A DNA stretch of 62,896 nucleotides from Candidatus Binatia bacterium (GTDB lineage Bacteria > Desulfobacterota > Binatia > UTPRO1), in the NCBI GenBank assembly GCA_041488235.1, contig JBGPOW010000002.1:1-62896 (forward strand), written 5' to 3'. Positions 9,747-19,353 of this stretch are shown here, one piece after another (positions within the stretch are counted from its first letter, which is position 1; each line of letters opens with the position of its first letter). The notes below the pieces were generated by a model. That model saw nothing but the letters and a program-made list of their open reading frames with translations. It made no database searches and had not been told where the DNA came from. Position numbers and translations under genes: made by a program.

Positions 9747-10042
9747 ACACGGACGTCGAGGCTCGGCTACTCGAGATCATCGCAACGGAGCTGCAGGTGC
9801 CCCTCGCCAACGTCGTCCGTGGCATCTCACTTCGCAAGAAACTCGGCATGGATTCCGTCGCGGCAGTGAACATCGTCTTTGCGGTGGAGGAGGAATTCGG
9901 AATCCGCGTTCCGGAAACGGAGCTCGAGCACGTCGATAGTGTCGAAGCGATTCTGGCGCTGCTCGACCGCCTCGCCTCCGACGCCGGCCAGAAATCCCAC
10001 CCGTTCGAAACGGAGATCAGTCGATCCGGCCGCCCCGGCTGA
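9743..10042 (+). CDS. acyl carrier protein (dedicated, non-housekeeping)
   Basis: 99 aa with an LGMDSV phosphopantetheine-attachment motif followed by the acidic helix VEEEFG. The ATG overlaps the fabF stop (ATGA). Confidence 0.85.
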   Translation: MNTDVEARLLEIIATELQVPLANVVRGISLRKKLGMDSVAAVNIVFAVEEEFGIRVPETELEHVDSVEAILALLDRLASDAGQKSHPFETEISRSGRPG

Positions 10043-10102
10043 CGCAGCAAATCGCCCATAGGCGGCATGCCGTGCCCTAATTAAGATGATTGGGGGGAGG
10101 TA

Positions 10103-10840
10103 GTGAGCCGCGTTGGAAGGCGGTACGGCGGTGTCCTAGGGCGGATCACAGGCGCTTTGCTGCAGCGCATTTCGCGTACGGGATCGTTGCGAGTCGCATC
10201 GGACGAGCCCGAACTGGACGGCCAGGGCTCCTGTGCCGTTCTCGCGGAACGGCTGTTGCGGGACGTCGACCGCGGCCACGTCATCGTACCGTTCTGGAGC
10301 ACGGATCAGTTGACGATTGCGTTGCTCGCGGCCGAGCGACACGGGCTCCGTCCGGCGCTTTCCCGATTCGAGATCGTAGCGGACGATTCGATTGGCGGTG
10401 AGATCATGTGGCGAATCGGCGAGAAGTTCGGGCTGCGGATGCGGCGGATCCACGTACGTGGAAATCCGTCGCGTTTGGAGGATCTCGCCGATTGGTTGCG
10501 CCGTCCGACGCCGTTCTTCATCGCGGTCGACGGCGGCAGCGTGTACGGCACCGTACCGACCGGCATCGTGCGCGTGGCGGCGCGGCTCGGCTCGACGATG
10601 TGGCCATTGGCGGTGCACGCGAGCCGAGGGGTGCGCATACCGGGCCTCATCGCCGATATCCCGCTTCCCCGTGCCACGATACGGGTCGGTGTGTCGCGTC
10701 CGCTCCACGTGACGCGCGCGGCGTCGATCGCCGAAGTGACGGCCGACGTGAAGCGACGCTTGGATTTCGCGTCGCGGCTTGCGCGCGATGAGTCGGCAGA
10801 TGCGAGCGCGGAATCGACCGACGGGGAGCCGAACGCGTGA
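10103..10840 (+). CDS. DUF374 / lysophospholipid-acyltransferase-superfamily protein
   Basis: The pattern PFWS...ADDSIGGEI...VRGN...IAVDGG...G parallels the DUF374 pattern FWH...S.DGE...RGS...DGPRGP. A strong SD (GGGGGGAGG) precedes GTG 10103. Confidence 0.6.
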   Translation: MSRVGRRYGGVLGRITGALLQRISRTGSLRVASDEPELDGQGSCAVLAERLLRDVDRGHVIVPFWSTDQLTIALLAAERHGLRPALSRFEIVADDSIGGEIMWRIGEKFGLRMRRIHVRGNPSRLEDLADWLRRPTPFFIAVDGGSVYGTVPTGIVRVAARLGSTMWPLAVHASRGVRIPGLIADIPLPRATIRVGVSRPLHVTRAASIAEVTADVKRRLDFASRLARDESADASAESTDGEPNA

Positions 10841-12192
10841 CCGAAATCGTCGACGTCAGCACGCGCCGGCAAGCGTTCATCGACGGCCTCTTTTTCCGCG
10901 TCGTCGCCTGCTCGTTCCTCGAGATCGTGATCTTCGCGACGGCCGTATCGTCGGGTCTGTCGCTGAGGTCGTTCACACCGCCGATGGTCGTCGTCGGGGC
11001 GGTCGGGTCGCTCGATCTACTGTATTGGTTTGCCGGCAAGCGACGCGGGTTTCCGCTCGGCGATTTCTACGTTCACTGGATCGTCGATCTCCTCGGCATC
11101 TCCTTCACGATCTACTCGCTGGGCGGCCTCGACGTGCCGTACGGCCCCTTCATCTATTCGATGATCGTGATCACGTCGGCGACCTTCATGTCGCGGACGG
11201 GATCGTACGTCATCGCCGGGGGTGCCGCCCTGTGCCTCATCGGCTTGGGTCTCGGTGTTCGGTCCGGAGTTCTCCCGCCGCCGACGGCGGTGTGGAGTCA
11301 TCACTACTCGTGGGCAGGCGAAATCGCCGTCCTGATCGGCGCCATCATCTTCTTCTTCATGAACGCGTATCTCGCCGGCACGTTGTCGGACCAACTCAAG
11401 ACCGCGAAAGGCGAGATCGAAGGGTACAACCGGCTCTTGGAGCAGCGTGTGCAGGAGCGTACCCGCGAGCTCGAAGCGCGCACACTCCAGCTACAAGAGC
11501 GCACGGACGAGCTGGAGGAGCTCGTGCACATCGTCACCCACGACCTGCAAAACGTCGCGGTCGCGAGCACGGAGACCGCTCGCAAGCTCGTCGAGATCGA
11601 CGGCGCGCAATTGTCGAAGCGCGGGCAACGCTACGCCGATCGGCTGATCCGAGATTGTCGCTTGATGACGACGATGCTGCGGAACCTTCTCGAGGTGGTC
11701 ACCCAAACCGAGGTCGCCGCGCCGAGCGAGCTCGTCGACGTCAATGCCGTGGTGCGCGACGCCGTCGGCAGGGCACACACGGCGATCGAGTCGAAGGGCA
11801 TCGACGTCGTCATCGGAGACCTGCCGCCGGTCCGTGCCGAGGAGCAGAAGATCAACCACGTGTTCGATAATCTCGTGACGAACGCCTGCAAATACGTCGG
11901 AGACAAAGAGCAGCCTCGGATCGAGATTTCGGGCGAAATGCAGAATGGGACGATCGACTACGTCGTCCGCGACAACGGCATAGGCATAACGGAGAACCAG
12001 ATTGGACGCATTTTTCAGCTGTACCACCGCGCTCCGGAACAGAACGTCGCCGGGGTCGTTCAGCAAGGGTACGGCATCGGACTCGCCGTCGTGAAGCGCA
12101 TCGTGCAGCGCTACGGCGGACGTATCTGGGTCGAGTCGGTGGCGGGCGAGGGGTCGAGCTTCCATCTCAGCTTCCCGCGCGGAGACAGGTGA
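10837..12192 (+). CDS. polytopic membrane sensor histidine kinase
   Basis: About 6 predicted TM helices in the first 190 aa, then a coiled coil, the H-box VTHDLQNV, the N-box FDNLVTNACKY, G1 DNGIGI and G2 GYGIGL. The start overlaps the upstream stop by 4 nt. Confidence 0.85.
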   Translation: MTEIVDVSTRRQAFIDGLFFRVVACSFLEIVIFATAVSSGLSLRSFTPPMVVVGAVGSLDLLYWFAGKRRGFPLGDFYVHWIVDLLGISFTIYSLGGLDVPYGPFIYSMIVITSATFMSRTGSYVIAGGAALCLIGLGLGVRSGVLPPPTAVWSHHYSWAGEIAVLIGAIIFFFMNAYLAGTLSDQLKTAKGEIEGYNRLLEQRVQERTRELEARTLQLQERTDELEELVHIVTHDLQNVAVASTETARKLVEIDGAQLSKRGQRYADRLIRDCRLMTTMLRNLLEVVTQTEVAAPSELVDVNAVVRDAVGRAHTAIESKGIDVVIGDLPPVRAEEQKINHVFDNLVTNACKYVGDKEQPRIEISGEMQNGTIDYVVRDNGIGITENQIGRIFQLYHRAPEQNVAGVVQQGYGIGLAVVKRIVQRYGGRIWVESVAGEGSSFHLSFPRGDR

Positions 12193-12195
12193 GCC

Positions 12196-13311
12196 GTGGG
12201 CAAAGTCGCATTGTTGGTCGAGGACAATCAGTCGCACGTCGAGCTCATGAGCGACGAGTTGGAGACGGCGCTCGAAGACTGGTCGCTCGAGGTAGCCGGC
12301 AATCTCGCCGAGGCGAGGCGGCGCATCGCGGCGCAGCAGTACGATCTCTTCGTATTCGATTTCAAGCTGCCTGACGGAGACGGCATCGAGTTGCTGCGCG
12401 AAGTCCGCGGATCCGGGATCGATACGCCCGCGATCTTCGTCACGACCGCGTCGTCGGCGAAGCTCGCGGTCGAGGCGATGAAGCTCGGCGCCGACGACTA
12501 CCTCGTGAAGGAAGAGGGCTATCTGACCGCGTTGCCCTACGTCGTCCGCGAGGTGCTGAATCGGCGGTGCCTGGCGGACGAGCGGCGCACGCTGGAAGAT
12601 CGGCTACAGCGCGCCGAGCGCGCAGCGACGTTGGGCTACTTGGCATCCGGGCTGGCGCATCACATCAACAATCCTCTGGCGACGATCAGAACGTTCTTGC
12701 AGTTGTTGCCGGATCACATCGAAGATCCCGAGTTCCGCAGCAAATATCTGGCGATGGCTCTCGCCGAGAGCGAGCGCATCCGCGACCTCGTCAAGGACAT
12801 CATGCGGACGACGAGCGTACCGGCCGAGGCGCGGGAGATCCGGGAGCTCGACGACATTCTCGCCGCCGCAGACAGTGCCATCGCCGGCGAGTTGAAGAAG
12901 AAGGGTATCGCGTTGCAGAAGAGGATACCTTCCTCGGTGCCGTTAGTGCGCGTCCACGGTGAAGCGGCGACGTGCCTGATCGTCGCGCTGCTGCAAAACG
13001 CCGTGCGTTTCTCGCCGGAGGGCAGCACGGTCGAATTGGACGTGCGTGTGGACGCGCCGGCGGAACGCGTCTCGGTCGTGGTGCGTGACCAGGGTCCCGG
13101 CATCTCCTCCGAGAATCGAGACAAGATTTTCGAGCCGTTTTTCACGACCGCCGTGGACGGGCTCGGGATGGGGCTGTTCGTCGCGTCGCGGATCGCCGAT
13201 CTGCAAAACATCGACCTCTCATTCGAGAATTGCGAGCCGCACGGCGCCGCGTTCACGATCAGCATACCAATCGCGAACGGCTCGGTAGGGAAGACGATCG
13301 CGGCCGACTAA
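12196..13311 (+). CDS. hybrid receiver-histidine kinase (REC + HisKA + HATPase_c), no sensor domain; paralog B
   Basis: Collinear with 7219-8346 and shares long identical runs ([65 protein letters not shown]). Starts 3 nt after the membrane kinase stop. Confidence 0.9.
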   Translation: MGKVALLVEDNQSHVELMSDELETALEDWSLEVAGNLAEARRRIAAQQYDLFVFDFKLPDGDGIELLREVRGSGIDTPAIFVTTASSAKLAVEAMKLGADDYLVKEEGYLTALPYVVREVLNRRCLADERRTLEDRLQRAERAATLGYLASGLAHHINNPLATIRTFLQLLPDHIEDPEFRSKYLAMALAESERIRDLVKDIMRTTSVPAEAREIRELDDILAAADSAIAGELKKKGIALQKRIPSSVPLVRVHGEAATCLIVALLQNAVRFSPEGSTVELDVRVDAPAERVSVVVRDQGPGISSENRDKIFEPFFTTAVDGLGMGLFVASRIADLQNIDLSFENCEPHGAAFTISIPIANGSVGKTIAAD

Positions 13312-15656
13312 GCGGTTCGGCGCATGCGCCGGTCGACGAGACGCGACGTCTCGCCGAACAGGAACCGTGGCTGCACCCAGACGAGCAGCGCAGGCAACAA
13401 CGTGATCGCGGCGACGCTCGAGACGGTCATCGCCAGGGCGATCATCATGCTGAGCTCCCGGTGGTAGACGAAGCCGGACGTGCACAACACGAGGTATCCG
13501 CCGGAAATGGCTGACGAGACGTACACGATTGCCTTGCCGGAAGTCCGCAGCGTGCTTGCCAGTGCGAGCTCTCGCGTCCCACTGACCGCGAGCTCCTCGC
13601 GGAACCGAAATACGAAGTAGATGGCGTAATCGGCGCCGATTCCGACCGCCATCGCCGCGAGCGGTGCCGTCATGATGTCGAGGGGCACGCCGACGAGCCC
13701 CATCGCGCCGAAATTCACCAGCACCGCCATCGCCAGCGGTGCCGCGATGAGCAGTCCCGCGACTGGCGATCGCAGAACGAGGCCCGAGACGAGCATGATG
13801 ATCCCTGCGACCTGCAGCATGTTGAAGATTTTCCCATGCACCATCGTTTCGGCGAGTGCGGCGTTCGAGGCGATGATCCCCGAATACTGCAGCCGATAGC
13901 CGGGCGGAAACGTCTTCGCGACGTGCTCGCGGACACGGCGAATGAGGTACTCGCCGTGTTCCGTCGAATCGCGGTGGAGGAACGCGCGCACCACCGCGCT
14001 GCGATGATCCGGGTCGATCTGGCTGTTCAGGTCTTCCGGTCCGCCCGACATCGAGTAGAGGAACAAGTACTGACTCACGAGCTCGGGAGTGTCGGGAATC
14101 GCCGGTGCCGTCCGGCCATCGTGCAGCGCCCGGTCCATTTGGCCGAGGAAGTCGACGATCGAGATCGTCTTGCCCACGGCGGGATCGGTCTCGACGAAGC
14201 GTTGCAGATCGGCGACGGCCGCCAGCGCCGCCGGATCATGCAAGGCGTTCGGCGCGGGGCCCTCGACGATGAAGATCAGAGTGTTGGTGCCGGCAAACGC
14301 AGCGTTCAGCGCGTCGTCGGCCACATGCACCGGGTGCTGCGGTCCGAACTGCCGCTTGAAGCTGGTATCGACGCGCAGACGCGTCGCTGCGGCCAAGGCG
14401 GCGACGGCGACGAGCGCCGTGATTGCGATGACGGTTCCCGGCCGGCTCGCCGTGACGGACGCGACGCGACCGAGGAGCTTTTCGAGGATGCGACCGCTCC
14501 GCGCCTCGCGATCGATCTCGGCCGCGCGCGGAGGGCGCAGCTGCACGCGTACTGCAGGGATCAACGTCAGCTCGATCAGCAGCGCCGCGACGATGCCCGC
14601 GCCCGTCAGCATTCCGAAGTTCCGAATCGTCGCCGTCGCGAAGACCGTCAGCGAAAAGAACGAGAGCGCCGCGATCGCGCCGGCAATCATCATCACCGGT
14701 CCGACACGCCGCAGCGCCACGCGAACGGCGACCGGCGTATCGTGGTAACGGTCGTACTCCTCGTAGTACCGCTTCAGGACCTGGACGGCGTGGCCGGCAG
14801 CGACGGCGAGGATGAGAATCGGCGTCGTCGTGTTGAAGGGATCGAGCCGAATCCCCAGAAGTCCCATCAGCCCCAAGCTCCACACGACCGCGAGCACGGC
14901 GGTGAGGAGCGGGAGTAGCATTCCCTGCACGGTCCGGAACGCCTCGTAGTGAATGAGGGCGACGACCAGCACCGCCAACGGGAAAAGCAGAACCGTACGC
15001 TCGGTCACGTGCGCCAACGAGGCAAGGACGGCAACCGGGCCGCCGAAGTGCGCCGTGAACGTGCCGTCACTCTCCTCGGCGATGATCGTCTCGAGCCGTT
15101 GCTCGATTTCCGGGTACCCGGTGAGCTCCGGCGTCAAGCGGAAATTGGCGATGATCGCGGTCGCGCTGGAATCGGCGGCGACGACGGTGCCGACGTACAA
15201 CGGCGTGGCGAAAGCTCTCCTCCGCACCTCAGCGATCTCCGCGCTCGTCGTCGGCGTCCCTTCCATGATCGGTCGCACGAGCAAGGTCCCATCGGCGCCT
15301 TCGATCGCCTTTGCGAGCGGGGACGCGAGGCTCAGATACGTGGACCGGATCAGTCCGGGCGTCGCGGCGACCCGTTTCGTGATCCGCTGCAGCTTGGCGA
15401 GGAACGGCGCGGTGAATACGTTGCCGTCGTTCGGGAACAAGCCGATGACGACGAGGTTCTTCTCGCCGAATTGATTCTCGAGAGTGTGGAGCGCGCGAAT
15501 GTACGAATGGTCCTGTGGAAGATTCGCGTCGGGATCGATCTCCACGCGCAGAGTCCGCAGTTGCGATGCCCAAAACGCCGTCACTACGGCGAGGGCGAGA
15601 ATGACGAGACGAGGATGGCGGCAGACGGCGTCGACGAAACGATCGAAAACCCGCAC
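13308..15656 (-). CDS. MMPL / RND-superfamily lipid-type exporter
   Basis: 782 aa. Two blocks of about 6 TM helices, each preceded by a large soluble loop, which is the typical MMPL/HpnN-like topology. Convergent 4-nt overlap with kinase paralog B. Confidence 0.85.
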   Translation of the reverse strand: MRVFDRFVDAVCRHPRLVILALAVVTAFWASQLRTLRVEIDPDANLPQDHSYIRALHTLENQFGEKNLVVIGLFPNDGNVFTAPFLAKLQRITKRVAATPGLIRSTYLSLASPLAKAIEGADGTLLVRPIMEGTPTTSAEIAEVRRRAFATPLYVGTVVAADSSATAIIANFRLTPELTGYPEIEQRLETIIAEESDGTFTAHFGGPVAVLASLAHVTERTVLLFPLAVLVVALIHYEAFRTVQGMLLPLLTAVLAVVWSLGLMGLLGIRLDPFNTTTPILILAVAAGHAVQVLKRYYEEYDRYHDTPVAVRVALRRVGPVMMIAGAIAALSFFSLTVFATATIRNFGMLTGAGIVAALLIELTLIPAVRVQLRPPRAAEIDREARSGRILEKLLGRVASVTASRPGTVIAITALVAVAALAAATRLRVDTSFKRQFGPQHPVHVADDALNAAFAGTNTLIFIVEGPAPNALHDPAALAAVADLQRFVETDPAVGKTISIVDFLGQMDRALHDGRTAPAIPDTPELVSQYLFLYSMSGGPEDLNSQIDPDHRSAVVRAFLHRDSTEHGEYLIRRVREHVAKTFPPGYRLQYSGIIASNAALAETMVHGKIFNMLQVAGIIMLVSGLVLRSPVAGLLIAAPLAMAVLVNFGAMGLVGVPLDIMTAPLAAMAVGIGADYAIYFVFRFREELAVSGTRELALASTLRTSGKAIVYVSSAISGGYLVLCTSGFVYHRELSMMIALAMTVSSVAAITLLPALLVWVQPRFLFGETSRLVDRRMRRTA

Positions 15657-15747
15657 GCGGGTCGTTATGCGGGCGTCCTGCCGCCGCGGTCAAGGTAATT
15701 CCGTGGTCGCAATGGTGCCCGGAGAGTGGTAGTCGCACCGCGGGAGA

Positions 15748-16197
15748 ATGCGGATGTCGCTGATCGCGTGCGTGCTGTTCTGCCTGCTCGGTGTGGCGGT
15801 GGTCACGGCGGCCGGCTTCCCCACCGACGTCGCCACCGCGCTGCGCTCGTCGAAGCAGATCTACGTCGCGACTCGGCGCGCCGACGGCTCGCAGAGCAAG
15901 GTCGTGCCGGTGTGGTTCATGTACGACGGCGACGCGATCTACTTCGCGACCGGACCGGAGAGCTACAAAGCGCGGCGGATCCGCCACGGCAGCCCGCTCT
16001 TCGTCTGGGTGGGGAGTGCCAGCGGACCGCATTTCGTCGGCAAAGCGACGCTGGAGAAGGACCCCGAGCTCGCGTCGCGGATGGCGCCCGTCTACTCGAA
16101 GAAGTACTGGATCGCGTGGCTCGGACTCTTTCGTCCGGACCCGGAGCGGGTGCGAGCCGGGAAGACCGTGATCGTGAAGATCGTGCCCGGCGAGTGA
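15748..16197 (+). CDS. pyridoxamine-5'-phosphate-oxidase-like split-barrel protein with N-terminal signal/anchor (putative)
   Basis: 149 aa. Hydrophobic N-terminus (LIACVLFCLLGVAVVTAAG) followed by a VATRRADGS...VPVWF...IYF pattern reminiscent of PPOX-class barrels. The assignment is tentative. Confidence 0.5.
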   Translation: MRMSLIACVLFCLLGVAVVTAAGFPTDVATALRSSKQIYVATRRADGSQSKVVPVWFMYDGDAIYFATGPESYKARRIRHGSPLFVWVGSASGPHFVGKATLEKDPELASRMAPVYSKKYWIAWLGLFRPDPERVRAGKTVIVKIVPGE

Positions 16198-16303
16198 ATC
16201 GTCCCGCGGGACGAGCGCGCATCGCAGCGTCCCTGTGAGTGCGATTCCGCTGCGGCGCCGACCGAAACTGGCGGGCGCGGGCGCGACCCGATAAAAACGG
16301 GTC

Positions 16304-18418
16304 GTGCTCACGATCGCCAACCTCAGCAAGGCGTACCGCGGCCAGCGCATCCTCGACGCGGTGAACTGGTTCGCGCCGGATCGGACGCGCATCGGCTTGA
16401 CCGGTATGAACGGCGCCGGCAAATCGACCTTGCTGAAGCTGATCGCCAGCGAGATCGAGCCCGACGGCGGCGAGATCAACCTCCCGAAAGGGACGACCGT
16501 CGGGTACCTGCCGCAGGAGGTCATCGGCGTCTCGGGCCGGACCGTTTTCGAGGAGGCGATCGGCGCGTTTGCGGATCTGCATGCGCTCGAAGCGGAGTGC
16601 CGGAGCCTGGAAGAGGCGCTCGCCGCCGCGCCGACCGAAGGCCCCGAGCACGATCGCCTCATGGCGGCGTACCACGACGTGCGCGCGCGCTTCGACGTCG
16701 AGGTGCGCTACGACCTCGAGGCGGAGACCGAGCGCGTGCTGGCCGGACTCGGCTTTCGCACCGACGACTTCACGCGCGACCTCGGGACGTTCAGCGGCGG
16801 CTGGCAGATGCGGGTCGCGCTCGCGAAGCTGCTGCTGCGCCGGCCGCGCGTGCTCCTCCTCGACGAGCCGACGAATCATCTCGACCTCGAAGCCCGCACC
16901 TGGCTCGAGGAGTTCCTCGGCGCGAGCGAGTCGCTGGTGATCCTCGTCGCGCACGATCGCTACTTTCTCGACGTCTGCGTCCAACGGATCACCGAGGTCT
17001 CGCGCGGCCGGCTCACCGATTACGACTGCAACTACACGGCGTACCTCGCGCAGCGCGAAGAGCGTCGCGCGCAAGAGGCGGATGCGTACGCCGCCCAGCA
17101 GGAGGAGATCGCGCGCATCGAAGCGTTCGTGCGGCGCTTCCGCTACCAGGCGTCGAAGGCGGCGCTGGTGCAGAGTCGCGTGAAGCAGCTGGAGAAGATC
17201 GAGCGCCTGGCGCCGCCCGATGGGCACGAGCGGCGGGTCAAGATCCGGCTTCCCGATCCGCCGCGCAGTGGACGCATCGTCGTCGGGCTCGAGCATGCGA
17301 CGAAACGCTACGGCGATCTGACCGTCTACGACGGCGTCGACCTCGCGATCGAGCGCGGCCGCAAGGTCGCGCTCGTCGGCCCGAACGGCGCCGGCAAATC
17401 GACGCTGCTCAAACTGCTCGTCGGCGTCGAGCCGCTCACCAGCGGGCGGCGCGTCTGCGGCCACAACGTACGGCTCGCGTACTTCGCGCAGGATCAATCG
17501 ACGGCGCTCGACGGCGAGAAGACGGTGCTGGAAGAGCTCACCACCGTCGCGCCGACGGAGCTCATGCCGCGCGTCCGCGATCTCCTCGGCGCGTTTCTCT
17601 TCAGCGGCGACGCGGTGGAGAAGCCGGTGCGGGTGCTCTCGGGCGGCGAGCGCAATCGATTGGCGCTGGCGAAGCTGCTCGTCGAGCCGGCGAACTGCCT
17701 CCTCCTCGACGAGCCGACGAACCACCTCGATCTGACGGCCAAGGAGGTGTTGCTGGAAGCGCTCCTCGAGTACGCGGGCACCGTCGTCCTCGTCGCCCAC
17801 GATCGCTACATCCTCGACCGGCTGCCGGCGGAGGTGATCGAGGTCGGTCACGGGGCGGCCGTGCGCTATCTCGGAAACTACGAGGACTACCTGGCGAAGA
17901 AGGCGGCCCTCGAGGGCGCTGCGACGAGCGCCGGCGCCGGCGCGAGAATCACGGCCGGTGCGAGCGCGCTGCGGGCGAACGCTATGAGCGCGAGCGCCAC
18001 CGGCGCGAGCGGCACCGCGTCGAGGGATGGCGGCGGCGCCCGACGCGCGAACATCGGCGGCGTGAGCGCTCGGCGCCTCGACGCCGGCGCGACGTCGAGC
18101 GCCGGGAACGGCGCGGCCGGCAATCGCGGCGACGGCGCGCCCGCGACCGACGGCCGCGCGCAGCGCGACGCGGCACGGCTCGAGCGCGATGCCGCGCGGC
18201 GGCAGGCGCGCGCCGAGGAGAAGCGGCGGCGGGAGGCCGAGGGCCTCGAGTCGACGATCGCGGCGAAGGAGGCGGAGCTCGCCGAGCTGACGCAGGTGAT
18301 GAACGACCCCGACTTCTACCAAACGCACCCCGAGCCGCAGCGCCTCTTCTCGTCGTACGCGCGGCTGAAGCGCGAGGTCGAAGTGCTCTACGAGAAGCTC
18401 GAGCGCGTCACCGGCTGA
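16304..18418 (+). CDS. ABC-F family ATPase (tandem ABC domains, no TM domain)
   Basis: Two Walker A motifs (GMNGAGKST, GPNGAGKST), two ABC signatures (FSGGWQMR, LSGGERNR), two Walker B motifs (LLLDEPTNHLD twice), and a C-terminal coiled coil. GTG start. Confidence 0.9.
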   Translation: MLTIANLSKAYRGQRILDAVNWFAPDRTRIGLTGMNGAGKSTLLKLIASEIEPDGGEINLPKGTTVGYLPQEVIGVSGRTVFEEAIGAFADLHALEAECRSLEEALAAAPTEGPEHDRLMAAYHDVRARFDVEVRYDLEAETERVLAGLGFRTDDFTRDLGTFSGGWQMRVALAKLLLRRPRVLLLDEPTNHLDLEARTWLEEFLGASESLVILVAHDRYFLDVCVQRITEVSRGRLTDYDCNYTAYLAQREERRAQEADAYAAQQEEIARIEAFVRRFRYQASKAALVQSRVKQLEKIERLAPPDGHERRVKIRLPDPPRSGRIVVGLEHATKRYGDLTVYDGVDLAIERGRKVALVGPNGAGKSTLLKLLVGVEPLTSGRRVCGHNVRLAYFAQDQSTALDGEKTVLEELTTVAPTELMPRVRDLLGAFLFSGDAVEKPVRVLSGGERNRLALAKLLVEPANCLLLDEPTNHLDLTAKEVLLEALLEYAGTVVLVAHDRYILDRLPAEVIEVGHGAAVRYLGNYEDYLAKKAALEGAATSAGAGARITAGASALRANAMSASATGASGTASRDGGGARRANIGGVSARRLDAGATSSAGNGAAGNRGDGAPATDGRAQRDAARLERDAARRQARAEEKRRREAEGLESTIAAKEAELAELTQVMNDPDFYQTHPEPQRLFSSYARLKREVEVLYEKLERVTG

Positions 18419-18461
18419 GCCCGCTGCCGGTATCGCTCGGCGATGCCGCGACGCGTGCGGC

Positions 18462-19349
18462 TCAGCGTGCGGTCGGCCGCGCGCCGCGCGTCGTCCGCGC
18501 CGGATAAAGCGGAAGCGGCTCGGCGGCGATCTCCAGCGCCTCGAGACGACCGGATCCCGAGCACGTGACGTAGAGGAGACCGTCGCCGAGACAGCAGTTC
18601 GTCGGCTCGCTGCCCTCGTCGAAAGGAATCTCGTCGCGCACCGAGCCGTCCGCATCGAAGACCCAGAGAACGTCGCCGAGGCTGCCGGCGACGTAGAGTC
18701 TGCCACTCGCGTCGAAGCAGAACCCGTCGGGGTAGCCGCGCGGCAGCGTGCAGTGCGTCGCCGGCGTCGCTTCGGGGCGCGGCTCCATGACGAGGATCTG
18801 CCGCGTCATGCTTTGCGCGACGTAGAGGCGATCGTCGGGCCCGAACGCGATACCGTTGGGGAAGCTCGGCACCTCGGCCACGAGCTCGACCGTGCCGGCG
18901 AGCGTCGTCCGTGCGACACGGCCGACGCCGATGTTCGGCAGATTCTCCCAGTCGTGCGGGTCCGTGTAATAGAGCAGGCGGTCGGGTCCGAAGCAGAGAT
19001 CGTTCGGGCGATTCGGCGGCGTGCCCGGCAAGCGCACGGCGACGTCGCGGACATCGCCGTCGAGGGTGACGCGCTGGATCCGCCCGCTGATCGTGACGTC
19101 CGCCATCCAGCGCCCGTGCGGGCCGAGCGAGAGGCCGCCGTTGTTGGCGACGTAGAGCGCCCCGTCGGGACCGAGCGTCGCGCCGTTTGGACCGCCGCCG
19201 GTGGCGGCGACCGTGCGCACGGCGCCGTGGTCGTACAGCGCGACGCGTCCGCCGCGGATCTCGACGAAGGCGACGCGCTCCGCGCCGAGGTGCACCGGGC
19301 CCTCGGGAAACTCGAGGCCGGTCGCGAGCACGCGTCGTGTCGTCGTCAT
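18462..19349 (-). CDS. SMP-30/gluconolactonase/LRE-family beta-propeller protein
   Basis: EFPEGP at the N-terminus, plus repeated PNG/PDG...LY blades (PNGATLGPDGALYVA, PNDLCFGPDRLLYYTD, PNGIAFGPDDRLYVA, PDGFCFDASGRLYVA). Confidence 0.85.
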   Translation of the reverse strand: MTTTRRVLATGLEFPEGPVHLGAERVAFVEIRGGRVALYDHGAVRTVAATGGGPNGATLGPDGALYVANNGGLSLGPHGRWMADVTISGRIQRVTLDGDVRDVAVRLPGTPPNRPNDLCFGPDRLLYYTDPHDWENLPNIGVGRVARTTLAGTVELVAEVPSFPNGIAFGPDDRLYVAQSMTRQILVMEPRPEATPATHCTLPRGYPDGFCFDASGRLYVAGSLGDVLWVFDADGSVRDEIPFDEGSEPTNCCLGDGLLYVTCSGSGRLEALEIAAEPLPLYPARTTRGARPTAR

Positions 19350-19353
19350 GGGG

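Noticed and set aside
15917-18706. 929-aa ORF on the minus strand, the longest ORF in the track
   Set aside because: It lies antisense to the clearly recognisable ABC-F gene (16304-18418). Its translation is dominated by Arg/Ala/Pro/Gly runs with no motifs, the typical high-GC shadow frame.
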